From Candidatus Poribacteria bacterium (GTDB lineage Bacteria > Poribacteria > WGA-4E > WGA-3G): a DNA stretch of 64,000 bases. Numbering within the stretch: the first letter of the stretch is position 1; each line of letters opens with the position of its first letter. Position numbers and translations under genes: made by a program. Shown here in pieces: positions 10,214-18,797 of this stretch. The notes under the pieces are model-generated. The model did no database searches and was not told the DNA's origin. It saw only the letters and a program-made list of their open reading frames with translations. The stretch covers positions 320,001-384,000 of the forward strand of contig CBDBFU010000015.1 in NCBI GenBank assembly GCA_965205025.1, read 5' to 3'.

Positions 10214-10323
10214 TACATCCCTCCTGCATCAGAGTTAATATGTGTGTTATTCATGATTCTTAACACCTTAGAGCCCTACGAATTGTTAATCCTACATGTA
10301 TTTAAAATAACGTGAGTTCAATA

Positions 10324-10789
10324 TCACCTATTTTCGTCTGTCCACAAACCACGATCCGGACCGTTCCACTGAAATGGAACTATTTTCGACAACTTACCGA
10401 CGTTGTACTCAGGAAATGTATATCCTGCCTTCAACAACATAACCTTCATTTGTAAAAAGTGGAAATTCAAGATTTTGGAGAGAGGAGGTTGGTTCAATTT
10501 CCAACCAAACGTCAAGTTCACCGAGAACGGTCTTATAGAAGAAGTCTGCAGAATGGGATTCATGCTTCAGAATCATGATAACCCCTGATTGTTTCACTTC
10601 TCCATTTGATGAGGATACTTTTAAGGCAACTAACAAGTCTTCTTGTGGAGGAGGATCAGATTTTACTTTAAACCAGAGACCTTGTGTGGAACCTTCTGCA
10701 GCACCTTCATTTGGACCGAGGATCTGAAAAGTAATAGTGGGTAAATCAGCCATATCGATCCTATTGCTATTAATACTCAGCAGAAACAT
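10324..10789 (-). pseudogene. hypothetical protein, probably frameshifted near 10410-10435
   Basis: ORF 10409-10789 ends EGYVVEGRIYIS*, while the overlapping +1 frame continues AGYTFPEYNVGKLSKIVPFQWNG... Confidence 0.45.
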
Positions 10790-10813
10790 CTATTGAATAC
10801 TGGATTAACCTTT

Positions 10814-12715
10814 TTACTCTTGCGTCTGCTGATAATATTCACCTAATACTTCATTTGCCAGACTTCTTCCATCCTCAATAACGCGTGCGGCAAAATCGAG
10901 AGTTATTTCAGTAATTTTTGCTTCATTTGCTCTCTGTTCTATGCGGGTTTGGGTGATATTACGCATGAAACCTTCAGGGACTAAGTTTAACCGGTCAATT
11001 GCTTCTTCTGTCCATTGTAAAGAACTTGCAAAGTTGTTGCCGTCTTGAGTGTTTTGTGATTCGGTCTGAGTTTGCATGGCTCTAAGTTCCGGGGCATCTT
11101 CACGAACTGCTGCTGCTTCCCCCATGCTTTCGTCAATAATGTGAGTTGCAAAATCATTTGTAATAGTATGTATTTTTTGAGAACGAGCAGATTTTTCAAT
11201 TCGTGCTTTGACATTTCGACGCATGTAGCCACGTGGAACGGTACGCAACGCCTTTTTCGCTTGTTCGGACCACTGTAGACGTACACCATCGAATGTTTCC
11301 TCTTCTTCTGCACCACCTTCATCAATAGCAATATGATCCAGAGAATCCTTATTAACCATCTGAAATCGTTCTGGGGGAGAACTGCATACGGGACAAACGA
11401 CAGGTTGTTGATTATGTGCAGCATACCCACATTCACCACAGATATATGTCTGGACATCACCTAATTCGATTACTTTCTGTTCAGCGATCTCTTTTGCCAC
11501 GCGTGTTAATTTCTCTGAAGCGCGTTGTGGCATAATTGCTTCCATAGCCTTTTCAATAACACTCTCTGTAATGACAGAATGTCCGCGTTCGATAGCAAAC
11601 CGATGCACAGCAGTCTTTGCTATACCGCGTACCAGAGGAGGCGCTTTCTCCATTCGATCCATTGCTTCTTGAGTCCATACTAATGTTTCCTCTGCTTTTA
11701 CATCTATTTGTGGGAAATATCGTTGACTTGATAGGAGTACATTACATGGTGCAAGACGTAGTAGATTCTCTGCAGTACTTCCAATATCCATTTCTTGTTC
11801 GCTATGGACACCGATGCGTCCTAAAACGAGTAACCATGGTTCTGTTTTACGGGTGTATTGTATTATTTTTTCGTAGGCTTTACCATCAAGTAGTGTGATT
11901 TTTAGATTATAGTCGTGTTCCTCTTTTGCAATAGAACGAGCGACTTCTAAGTGGGATTGATATATCTTCGCTAATCCAGTATCAATTACCTCTTCATGTA
12001 GTTGTTCCTGTTCTTTAAATCTGAATGTTCTTGCGGCGCGTTCAGTAAGTACGTTCACTACAGAGTTAAAAACGATATAGTGTAGATATGGATCGTATAC
12101 ACCGACAGCTTCTACCTGTTTGTTGAACTTTTGTCCGAGTTGGATAGCGGTTTTTAGTCCTGAAAACGATTCAGGACTTCCATCAATACCGACAAGAATG
12201 TTACCTTGCTGTTCTTCGATTGGGTCAAGGTTTCGCACTACGAGTGTATCGGTGGTAATCCGTCTAACAACGCGTTCAGTAACTCCACCGATTAGGCTAT
12301 CTTTTACTGCCCCCATCCCGAGTGCCCCCATAATTACGAGATCATAATCCCCTTCTTGGATATCTTCTACAAGCTTAATGTAGTGTTTCCCTTCAGGCAT
12401 TTGTGGTTCAAATGGTATATTGAACTTTTCACACTTCTTCTTCATAACCTCAAGGTAGGAGTCAGAAATGAGTTGGAGTCCCATAGTAATAAGTGTGTCA
12501 TGTATACGTCGCTGTTTTTCGAGTTCAACTTCATCCTGATATTCTTCTGGAAGGGTATACTCCATCTGTTTAAAGCGTACGTCATGCATTTTCGCTGCGT
12601 AAACGTGGGATCCTACCAACTGTGAATCGAAGTGTTTGGCGAATTCCACAGCTAAGTCGATACTTGCATCAGAATAATCGGAGTTGTCAACAGGGACGTA
12701 TATTTTTTTCATCAT
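10814..12715 (-). CDS. tandem universal stress protein fused to a rubredoxin-like Cys4 module and three PCP_red-like domains
   Basis: Two USP domains (KKIYVPVDNS; ILVGIDGS), CGECG..CPVC, and three W(T/S)xEA..R...(V/A)P modules. Confidence 0.85.
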   Translation of the reverse strand: MMKKIYVPVDNSDYSDASIDLAVEFAKHFDSQLVGSHVYAAKMHDVRFKQMEYTLPEEYQDEVELEKQRRIHDTLITMGLQLISDSYLEVMKKKCEKFNIPFEPQMPEGKHYIKLVEDIQEGDYDLVIMGALGMGAVKDSLIGGVTERVVRRITTDTLVVRNLDPIEEQQGNILVGIDGSPESFSGLKTAIQLGQKFNKQVEAVGVYDPYLHYIVFNSVVNVLTERAARTFRFKEQEQLHEEVIDTGLAKIYQSHLEVARSIAKEEHDYNLKITLLDGKAYEKIIQYTRKTEPWLLVLGRIGVHSEQEMDIGSTAENLLRLAPCNVLLSSQRYFPQIDVKAEETLVWTQEAMDRMEKAPPLVRGIAKTAVHRFAIERGHSVITESVIEKAMEAIMPQRASEKLTRVAKEIAEQKVIELGDVQTYICGECGYAAHNQQPVVCPVCSSPPERFQMVNKDSLDHIAIDEGGAEEEETFDGVRLQWSEQAKKALRTVPRGYMRRNVKARIEKSARSQKIHTITNDFATHIIDESMGEAAAVREDAPELRAMQTQTESQNTQDGNNFASSLQWTEEAIDRLNLVPEGFMRNITQTRIEQRANEAKITEITLDFAARVIEDGRSLANEVLGEYYQQTQE

Positions 12716-12744
12716 CTTATCTCATTAATAATTGTAAGGTTATA

Positions 12745-13008
12745 CTACTCTATTTTCATATCATTACACGGTTTATAGTGATAGCCAATCCATGTTCCAA
12801 TGATATGTGCGAGTAATGTAGCTGGCCATAAATACACTAATGCTGTCTGCCAATGCCATTGAAGAATAAAACGACGTACTACAAAGTTTAGGACTATTGG
12901 AATATATAAGCATCTACCCCAGGGACGACTAAATTTTCTATATCGAACCCGATAAAATCCGAAAGGAAAATGTATCAGAAAAGCAAGAATAGAGATTAAA
13001 AGGTTCAG
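12745..13008 (-). CDS. small membrane protein absent from the ORF track (probable CTG start)
   Basis: Open 87 codons: (M)NLLISILAFLIHFPFGFYRVRYRKFSRPWGRCLYIPIVLNFVVRRFILQWHWQTALVYLWPATLLAHIIGTWIGYHYKPCNDMKIE. GAGGA lies 6 nt before the CTG; the ORF fills the SCO-USP gap. Confidence 0.65.
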   Translation of the reverse strand: MNLLISILAFLIHFPFGFYRVRYRKFSRPWGRCLYIPIVLNFVVRRFILQWHWQTALVYLWPATLLAHIIGTWIGYHYKPCNDMKIE

Positions 13009-13655
13009 TTATTTTCCTCATTCTTGAGTAGTTGCTTTATATCCTTTCGTATTTTCTGCATAGCAGCTTTACTGCGACTGTCATAGTAGTCATGTATTGT
13101 TCTATCGGGTTTTATGACCACGAATTTTCTACTATGTGGAAATACACCTTCATGATATGCAGCAGGTAATTTAAAACCATTGTTAGCTAAATTGTAAATC
13201 TGTTCCTTATCTCCCGTTAGGAAGTGCCAACTATCTTGTTTTGCTCCATAATCTAATGCATATTGAGAAAGAACTTGCGGTGTATCGCGTTCTGGGTCAA
13301 CAGTGATAGACACAAAAATGACCTTATCGTTTTCAATTTCTGCCTGTAGTTCTGCCATTTCTTGTGTCATAATTGGACAAATTGTTGGACAATTAGTAAA
13401 GATAAAATCGACAACCCATAATTTTCCATCCAAATCAGATATACCAAACGACATACCTTGTTGATTTGTTAGACTGAAATCAGGCACACTTGCCAATGGA
13501 GTATGTTCAGGTGCTTTATCATTTGAGTTTACAGATGACCAAAGTGTAATTCCTGCAACACAAAGAATAACTACACCTAATACTATCCAAGGAATAGAAC
13601 TTTTTTCGATTCTATGTGCCTCCTGATTAGGGTTTTCGTTAGGATTATCCATCAT
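13005..13655 (-). CDS. SCO family copper chaperone
   Basis: DFIFTNCPTICP, SITVDPERDTP, conserved His; N-terminal TM segment. Confidence 0.92.
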   Translation of the reverse strand: MMDNPNENPNQEAHRIEKSSIPWIVLGVVILCVAGITLWSSVNSNDKAPEHTPLASVPDFSLTNQQGMSFGISDLDGKLWVVDFIFTNCPTICPIMTQEMAELQAEIENDKVIFVSITVDPERDTPQVLSQYALDYGAKQDSWHFLTGDKEQIYNLANNGFKLPAAYHEGVFPHSRKFVVIKPDRTIHDYYDSRSKAAMQKIRKDIKQLLKNEENN

Positions 13656-13693
13656 TGCCTACCTATAGAATAGGAACAGGTTTAAATTTGATC

Positions 13694-14032
13694 TTAGTGA
13701 TCGGATGTATTTACTACTTCTGTCGGGGGTTTTTCCACACCTTCATGTCGTGAATCTGATGTTAAATCTGGTATTAACATAATCACCAGAAAGACACAGA
13801 TAAGAAATGGAGTAATTACAATTGCTGCTAAGGTCCGTTTCTCAAGTTTCAAATGCATGAAATAAGCTGCAACCAAGTATGCCTTCCCACATGCTAATCC
13901 AATGAGGATTATAGCTTTGAGAACTACTGAGTATTTAGGAATGGCTACTCCAATCTCAATAGCAGTTAGCACAGCCAACCATATAAAAATTAAAAAATAT
14001 CTTGGATGTTTGTGGTGTCCATCTTGAGCCAT
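13694..14032 (-). CDS. ctaF: cytochrome c oxidase subunit IV family
   Basis: LAVLTAIE, KAYLVAAYFMHLK. Confidence 0.88.
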   Translation of the reverse strand: MAQDGHHKHPRYFLIFIWLAVLTAIEIGVAIPKYSVVLKAIILIGLACGKAYLVAAYFMHLKLEKRTLAAIVITPFLICVFLVIMLIPDLTSDSRHEGVEKPPTEVVNTSDH

Positions 14033-14044
14033 ATTTGTTTCCTC

Positions 14045-14695
14045 CTACAATAGATAGATAAAAGTGAAAACCATAATCCAAATTAGGTCAACAAAGTGCC
14101 AATACAGACCTACTATTTCAACTTCATGGTTGAAATCCGCAGTATAGCGTCCAGACCAACCATTTCTCAAAATTACAATAAGGTAAATCACTCCACCAGT
14201 TACATGTAGACCGTGAAATCCTGTGATTGCATAAAAAGTAGGTCCAAACAATGTTGATCCGCTGATCATAGCACCTGAAATACTGTGTTCAGGTATTCCA
14301 GTGAGTGTCAAACCGTGCGTAATCAAATGGTACCATTCATAGGCTTGTAATCCAAGGAATATGATACCTCCAAGGATAGTAAGTCCAAGAAAGTCACACA
14401 TTCTACCCACATTACCTTTTTGAATTGATTCTAACGCTTTTACCATTGTGACACTACTACAGATAAGTAAGAATGTCATAAAAGCAGTCAGGTTAATACC
14501 GAGTATATCACTTGGAGGAACCCATCCAATTATACCTGCTCCAGCACGGATTGCAGCATAGGCTGCAAGTAAAGCTCCAAATGACATGGTATCCCCTATT
14601 AAGAAGATCCACATCCCAAGTTTACCGAGACTGTCAGGTGTAAGCGATGGTTCGTATACGTCTTCAGAATGATCTAAAGTGGTAGCTTCTTCCAC
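14045..14695 (-). CDS. ctaE: cytochrome c oxidase subunit III (second copy)
   Basis: KLGMWIFL, FYAITGFHGLHV, GLYWHFVD. Confidence 0.92.
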   Translation of the reverse strand: MEEATTLDHSEDVYEPSLTPDSLGKLGMWIFLIGDTMSFGALLAAYAAIRAGAGIIGWVPPSDILGINLTAFMTFLLICSSVTMVKALESIQKGNVGRMCDFLGLTILGGIIFLGLQAYEWYHLITHGLTLTGIPEHSISGAMISGSTLFGPTFYAITGFHGLHVTGGVIYLIVILRNGWSGRYTADFNHEVEIVGLYWHFVDLIWIMVFTFIYLL

Positions 14696-14792
14696 TATAC
14701 TTTACTCCTTTTTATTTGTTTCTGTCCGTTATTACAATTTGCTAAATGATTATAAGAACAATCAGTCTGTATGTATTTTGCGATGCCTCTTG

Positions 14793-15680
14793 CTAATGTG
14801 TTCCAACTTCAACTCGAGCATCAGCAATTTCTGCAATTTCAGTATCAATCTCAAATCCGATAAAGTTTCGTCCTTCCATACGTGCTGCGATACCGGTAGA
14901 ACCTGAACCAGCGAATGGATCACATACGACTGACCCTTCAGCGGAGAATATCCTAACTAAATGTCGTAGTAGCGGAACAGGCTTTGCAGCGATGTGTCCA
15001 AATTTCTCCCGTGGTTTAGTTACAGGTATCACAGTACCTGGAAATCTGTCGTTTTCTACAACTGGGTCCGACACATCAATAAGACCTGTTCGATGCTGAA
15101 GCCAATTGTCAACGAAAGTGCCTTCTCGTGGAGACTGTGCAAGAATAATAAGCTCCATTTGTGGCTTGAGTTGCGGTGTTTTTCTACCCCCCAAAACCTT
15201 AATTATTTTCTCCTTCTCATCCTCTGGCAACTTGCTTTTTCTTACGAAATGATCTTGTGTAAACGCTTTAGCTTGTCCTTCATATCGCCATGCTAACATG
15301 TCTCTAATTTCAAAACCTGCCTCTTCTATAGCAAGAGCAGAACGATGTGATAGTCTTGGATGTGAAAAACAGAGAACAAATCCACCTGGTTTAATTATTC
15401 GAAACCATTGTTCTGCGACAGGTTTCAAAAACCTGTATAGGTTATGTCCTTGTGCCCGATCAAATTTCATCCCTACTGGGATTCCACCGATTACCCCTTT
15501 TTTTAGTCTTGATTTGATTCGGTTTGTATCCCAATTGTCATCCAATCCATCCAGGAAATATGGAGGGTCAGTTAGGATTAGAGACACACTTCGCGATGCC
15601 AGCTTAGCCATTCCTTTTCTACAGTCAATATTCTGTACCCAGGAGTCAAAACTATTATTTTTTAAAGCATCGCTTGACAT
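14793..15680 (-). CDS. site-specific DNA methyltransferase (N4/N6, beta class), orphan
   Basis: ILTDPPY precedes H...KP and DPFAGSGSTG; no nuclease gene adjacent. Confidence 0.9.
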   Translation of the reverse strand: MSSDALKNNSFDSWVQNIDCRKGMAKLASRSVSLILTDPPYFLDGLDDNWDTNRIKSRLKKGVIGGIPVGMKFDRAQGHNLYRFLKPVAEQWFRIIKPGGFVLCFSHPRLSHRSALAIEEAGFEIRDMLAWRYEGQAKAFTQDHFVRKSKLPEDEKEKIIKVLGGRKTPQLKPQMELIILAQSPREGTFVDNWLQHRTGLIDVSDPVVENDRFPGTVIPVTKPREKFGHIAAKPVPLLRHLVRIFSAEGSVVCDPFAGSGSTGIAARMEGRNFIGFEIDTEIAEIADARVEVGTH

Positions 15681-15702
15681 ATTCTTCCTTCAATGAAGCT
15701 GT

Positions 15703-15930
15703 TTATACATCCTTATTAGGGTTAGCACGTTTGTAGTGATAGAATACAGTACCCCCTACTACACCGAATACGGTGAATGGCATAGCCATCATAAAAAGAA
15801 CACTCCAATTAAAACCCTTTGCGATGGGTTCATCTAATTCTTTACAAGCAGGACATGCCTCAAGTGTAATGGGAATTGCTAAAATTACAAACCCAAGAAT
15901 GATTATCCATAGAAGACTTTTTTGTAACAT
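15703..15930 (-). CDS. small membrane protein with ACPAC motif (cox-operon associated)
   Basis: Signal/TM segment, EACPACK, GFNWSVLFMMAMPF TM segment. Confidence 0.7.
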   Translation of the reverse strand: MLQKSLLWIIILGFVILAIPITLEACPACKELDEPIAKGFNWSVLFMMAMPFTVFGVVGGTVFYHYKRANPNKDV

Positions 15931-15939
15931 ACATTTATC

Positions 15940-16530
15940 CTATGCCAGATATACTAATATATAGAGAATTGGCCAAAGAGCGACAACATAAATCCAATAT
16001 ATCGTACAGGTTTCTACACCAGTATGATGTGTGTGAGAGTACTTTAATGCTATAGCCTTTCCTGTAACTACCGCTAACCAGATTACAGCACCGAATACAT
16101 GGACAGCATGACATCCAATCAGTACATAGAAGATACCGCCATATATACCAGATTGTAATGTCAATCCTTTACCGATTAGTTGAATCCATTCACTTCCTTG
16201 AATCCCTAAGAAGAGTAGACCTAATACTCCAGTGAAAATCAACATATTTCGGAGTTGCTTAATTCTATCTTTCTGTATAGCACGCAACGCTTGAAACATT
16301 GTATATCCACTTATAATCAACAACACGGTGTTTATCCCTGTGACCAATCGTGGAAGATTAATTTCAGCGTGCGATAAAGGTGGCCAAGTAACACTCCCCA
16401 TTCTAAATACAAGAAAAGCACCAATCAAACCTACAAACAACATCGTCTCAGCACCGAGTAAGATAAAAATAGCCAATTTTGCATTACTCAATGGTCGACT
16501 TTCAGTTATTTCAATGTGAGTATGATTCAT
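15940..16530 (-). CDS. ctaE: cytochrome c oxidase subunit III (first copy)
   Basis: ETMLFVGL, NTVLLIISG, FYVLIGCHAVHV, YWIYV. Confidence 0.88.
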   Translation of the reverse strand: MNHTHIEITESRPLSNAKLAIFILLGAETMLFVGLIGAFLVFRMGSVTWPPLSHAEINLPRLVTGINTVLLIISGYTMFQALRAIQKDRIKQLRNMLIFTGVLGLLFLGIQGSEWIQLIGKGLTLQSGIYGGIFYVLIGCHAVHVFGAVIWLAVVTGKAIALKYSHTHHTGVETCTIYWIYVVALWPILYILVYLA

Positions 16531-16548
16531 CTTTTCGAGTCTGTTCTC

Positions 16549-16830
16549 TTATCTTCCAGTTAATTGCCTTAATAGTCGAAATAATCGTCCAAATAATTGA
16601 TGAGTCGCCTTAATAATTGAAGAAATTATCATTATAAGTCCAGGACCAATTAGGAATATCCCAATCCCAGTTGCGACTATTGTCGTAACCCCAGAAACGA
16701 TAGTTTTAATTAGAGGAGGAACATCAACCTGCAAGATAATCCATAATGTTGCGAAGGCAAATAATACCAGAAACAGTAACCCTAAAAGCATTCCAAGCTT
16801 CAAATTTGCTATACGTCTCTCTTGTTGCAT
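16549..16830 (-). CDS. small 2-TM membrane protein
   Basis: Two hydrophobic segments; AGGTG RBS; in operon. Confidence 0.65.
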   Translation of the reverse strand: MQQERRIANLKLGMLLGLLFLVLFAFATLWIILQVDVPPLIKTIVSGVTTIVATGIGIFLIGPGLIMIISSIIKATHQLFGRLFRLLRQLTGR

Positions 16831-16852
16831 AAATTCACCTTTATATATTTAC

Positions 16853-17782
16853 CTATATTTTATCAATTACCATTGCTATAAAAAGAAGTGGTAGATGGAT
16901 TAACGATGCATATAGGACATAACGTGCTGCCTTCAAAGAATGTGTTTTCTGTAGATAGATTCCACTGACAAGAAACATTCCACCAATGAGTAGTGCTGCA
17001 AGAAAATAGAACCCGCCTGCAATGCTGAACATTGTCGGTAGTAATCCTATACCGAATAGAGCGAGACAGTTAACTACTATTTGCCTCCGTGTACTTTTGC
17101 CATCAGGATGTATGACAGGTAGCAACTTTAGACCTGCATTTGCATAATCTTCGCGGTAGATATATGCAATGGCGAGTGAATGTGGCAATTGCCATAAAAA
17201 GAGTATTGCGAACAATACCCATGCTTGGCCCGATAGACTACCTTGTGCTGCAACCCATCCAACGACGGGGGGTAATGCCCCTGGAAATGCTCCGATAAGT
17301 GTACATAGGGATGTTTTTTGTTTTAATGGTGTATATACAAACAGATAACTGACGACTATAAGTGAAATGACAAATCCACTTATTGGATTAACTATGAACG
17401 TTAGATATAACATTCCCCCTGCAGTGAGAACGGTACAGAACAGGAGTGCTTGCATAGGAAATATTCTTCCCGCGGGAATAGGTCTCTCCTGTGTTCGCTT
17501 CATCTGAGAATCTATATCGCGTTCAAGATATTGATTCAATCCTAAGACACCAGCAGCAGTTAACCCTGATCCGATAAGGGTATGTAGAAACATCAACCAA
17601 TCCACAGTGTTTTGTGAACCAAGATAGTATCCTGCAGCAGTAGTAATCAGTATCATTACTACCATTCTGGGTTTAATGAGTTCAATATAATCCTCAACTC
17701 TTTTAGCAAATACAGAGGATTTCGTTGAGGATTGTATATTATCTGTGTCAGGTAATGGAACTGTTGTATAACGCATATTCAC
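16853..17782 (-). CDS. ctaB: heme o synthase (protoheme IX farnesyltransferase)
   Basis: LIKPR, NQYLERDID.QMKRT..RPIP.G, YTPLK, WQLPH. Confidence 0.95.
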   Translation of the reverse strand: MNMRYTTVPLPDTDNIQSSTKSSVFAKRVEDYIELIKPRMVVMILITTAAGYYLGSQNTVDWLMFLHTLIGSGLTAAGVLGLNQYLERDIDSQMKRTQERPIPAGRIFPMQALLFCTVLTAGGMLYLTFIVNPISGFVISLIVVSYLFVYTPLKQKTSLCTLIGAFPGALPPVVGWVAAQGSLSGQAWVLFAILFLWQLPHSLAIAYIYREDYANAGLKLLPVIHPDGKSTRRQIVVNCLALFGIGLLPTMFSIAGGFYFLAALLIGGMFLVSGIYLQKTHSLKAARYVLYASLIHLPLLFIAMVIDKI

Positions 17783-18756
17783 TCTGTGACCAATTTATTG
17801 CCAATTGTTGTTTCCACAGGTATTGAGGATAATCTTGACCGAAACAATTTTAATGTCATAACAAAACTACTCACCAACATCAGTGCACCAACAGCGACAT
17901 GGGTAGTGGTAATTAGATCCGTTAGAACAGTAGATATTGTTTCTCCAATAAATGTCAATCTTGTTAGATAGGCACCAATTCCGAGTATAATCTGTACTCC
18001 TACTAATCCAAGTAAGACTAAAGGTAATCTCCCGCTAATTTCATGTGATTCATTTGCTACAGTAAAAAATCGTCTGATAAACAAAAAAATATGAAGCGTA
18101 ATCAATAGGGCAAAAAGTATATGTATACCTATTAAAATATATAAAAGAAGTGTTGAACTTAGTTTACTCCCAATATGTCGTAACAATGCTCCGAATATCA
18201 GTTGAATATATATAAGACATGTTGTTAGTAGACTTAATCTTTGTAATCTCTTTGTATTTTGGCTATTATCTACACCATCTGTTTGTTTAGTGTTTGTATA
18301 CCATTTGCGTGATGTAAACCAACTAATTCCGCACAATAATGCGAAAAATGCTTGTGCCAAACAGGCATGTAGAATTGCTAAAGTAATGCTGAGTTCAGTT
18401 ACCCGAAGTCCACCAAGAACCCCTTGAATTATTACTGCGATCAGTGCTACTAATCCAAGCCATTTCAACCACCTTCGGGTGTCTATTGCTAATAACATTA
18501 CCAACAAGGTAATCGTCAACAATCCAACAAGTGATCCCATCAATCGATGACTGTGTTCATATAATATGCCTCCCACCATTTCTGATAATGGGTAGAGAAA
18601 CATGTTATACCCAAAGGTTGTTGGCCAATCTGGAACAGCCAAACCTGATTCAGTACTTGTAACAATTCCTCCTATTACAATCAATAGGAAGGTTGCTCCT
18701 GCAGTGAGAACTGCAACCCTGTGTAACCAAGGATTATAACGGATTTCGTCATTCAT
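17779..18756 (-). CDS. ctaA: heme A synthase COX15/CtaA
   Basis: GLAVPDWP, YEHSHR, QGVLGGLRV, conserved His residues. Confidence 0.92.
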   Translation of the reverse strand: MNDEIRYNPWLHRVAVLTAGATFLLIVIGGIVTSTESGLAVPDWPTTFGYNMFLYPLSEMVGGILYEHSHRLMGSLVGLLTITLLVMLLAIDTRRWLKWLGLVALIAVIIQGVLGGLRVTELSITLAILHACLAQAFFALLCGISWFTSRKWYTNTKQTDGVDNSQNTKRLQRLSLLTTCLIYIQLIFGALLRHIGSKLSSTLLLYILIGIHILFALLITLHIFLFIRRFFTVANESHEISGRLPLVLLGLVGVQIILGIGAYLTRLTFIGETISTVLTDLITTTHVAVGALMLVSSFVMTLKLFRSRLSSIPVETTIGNKLVTE

Positions 18757-18797
18757 ACAGAATCCCGCAGAAGCATCTTCCTATGACTCATGTTCAA

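Noticed and set aside
3607-12715. PCP_red domains as evidence for (bacterio)chlorophyll synthesis
   Set aside because: Only the small C-terminal module is present; no BchL/N/B catalytic domains.
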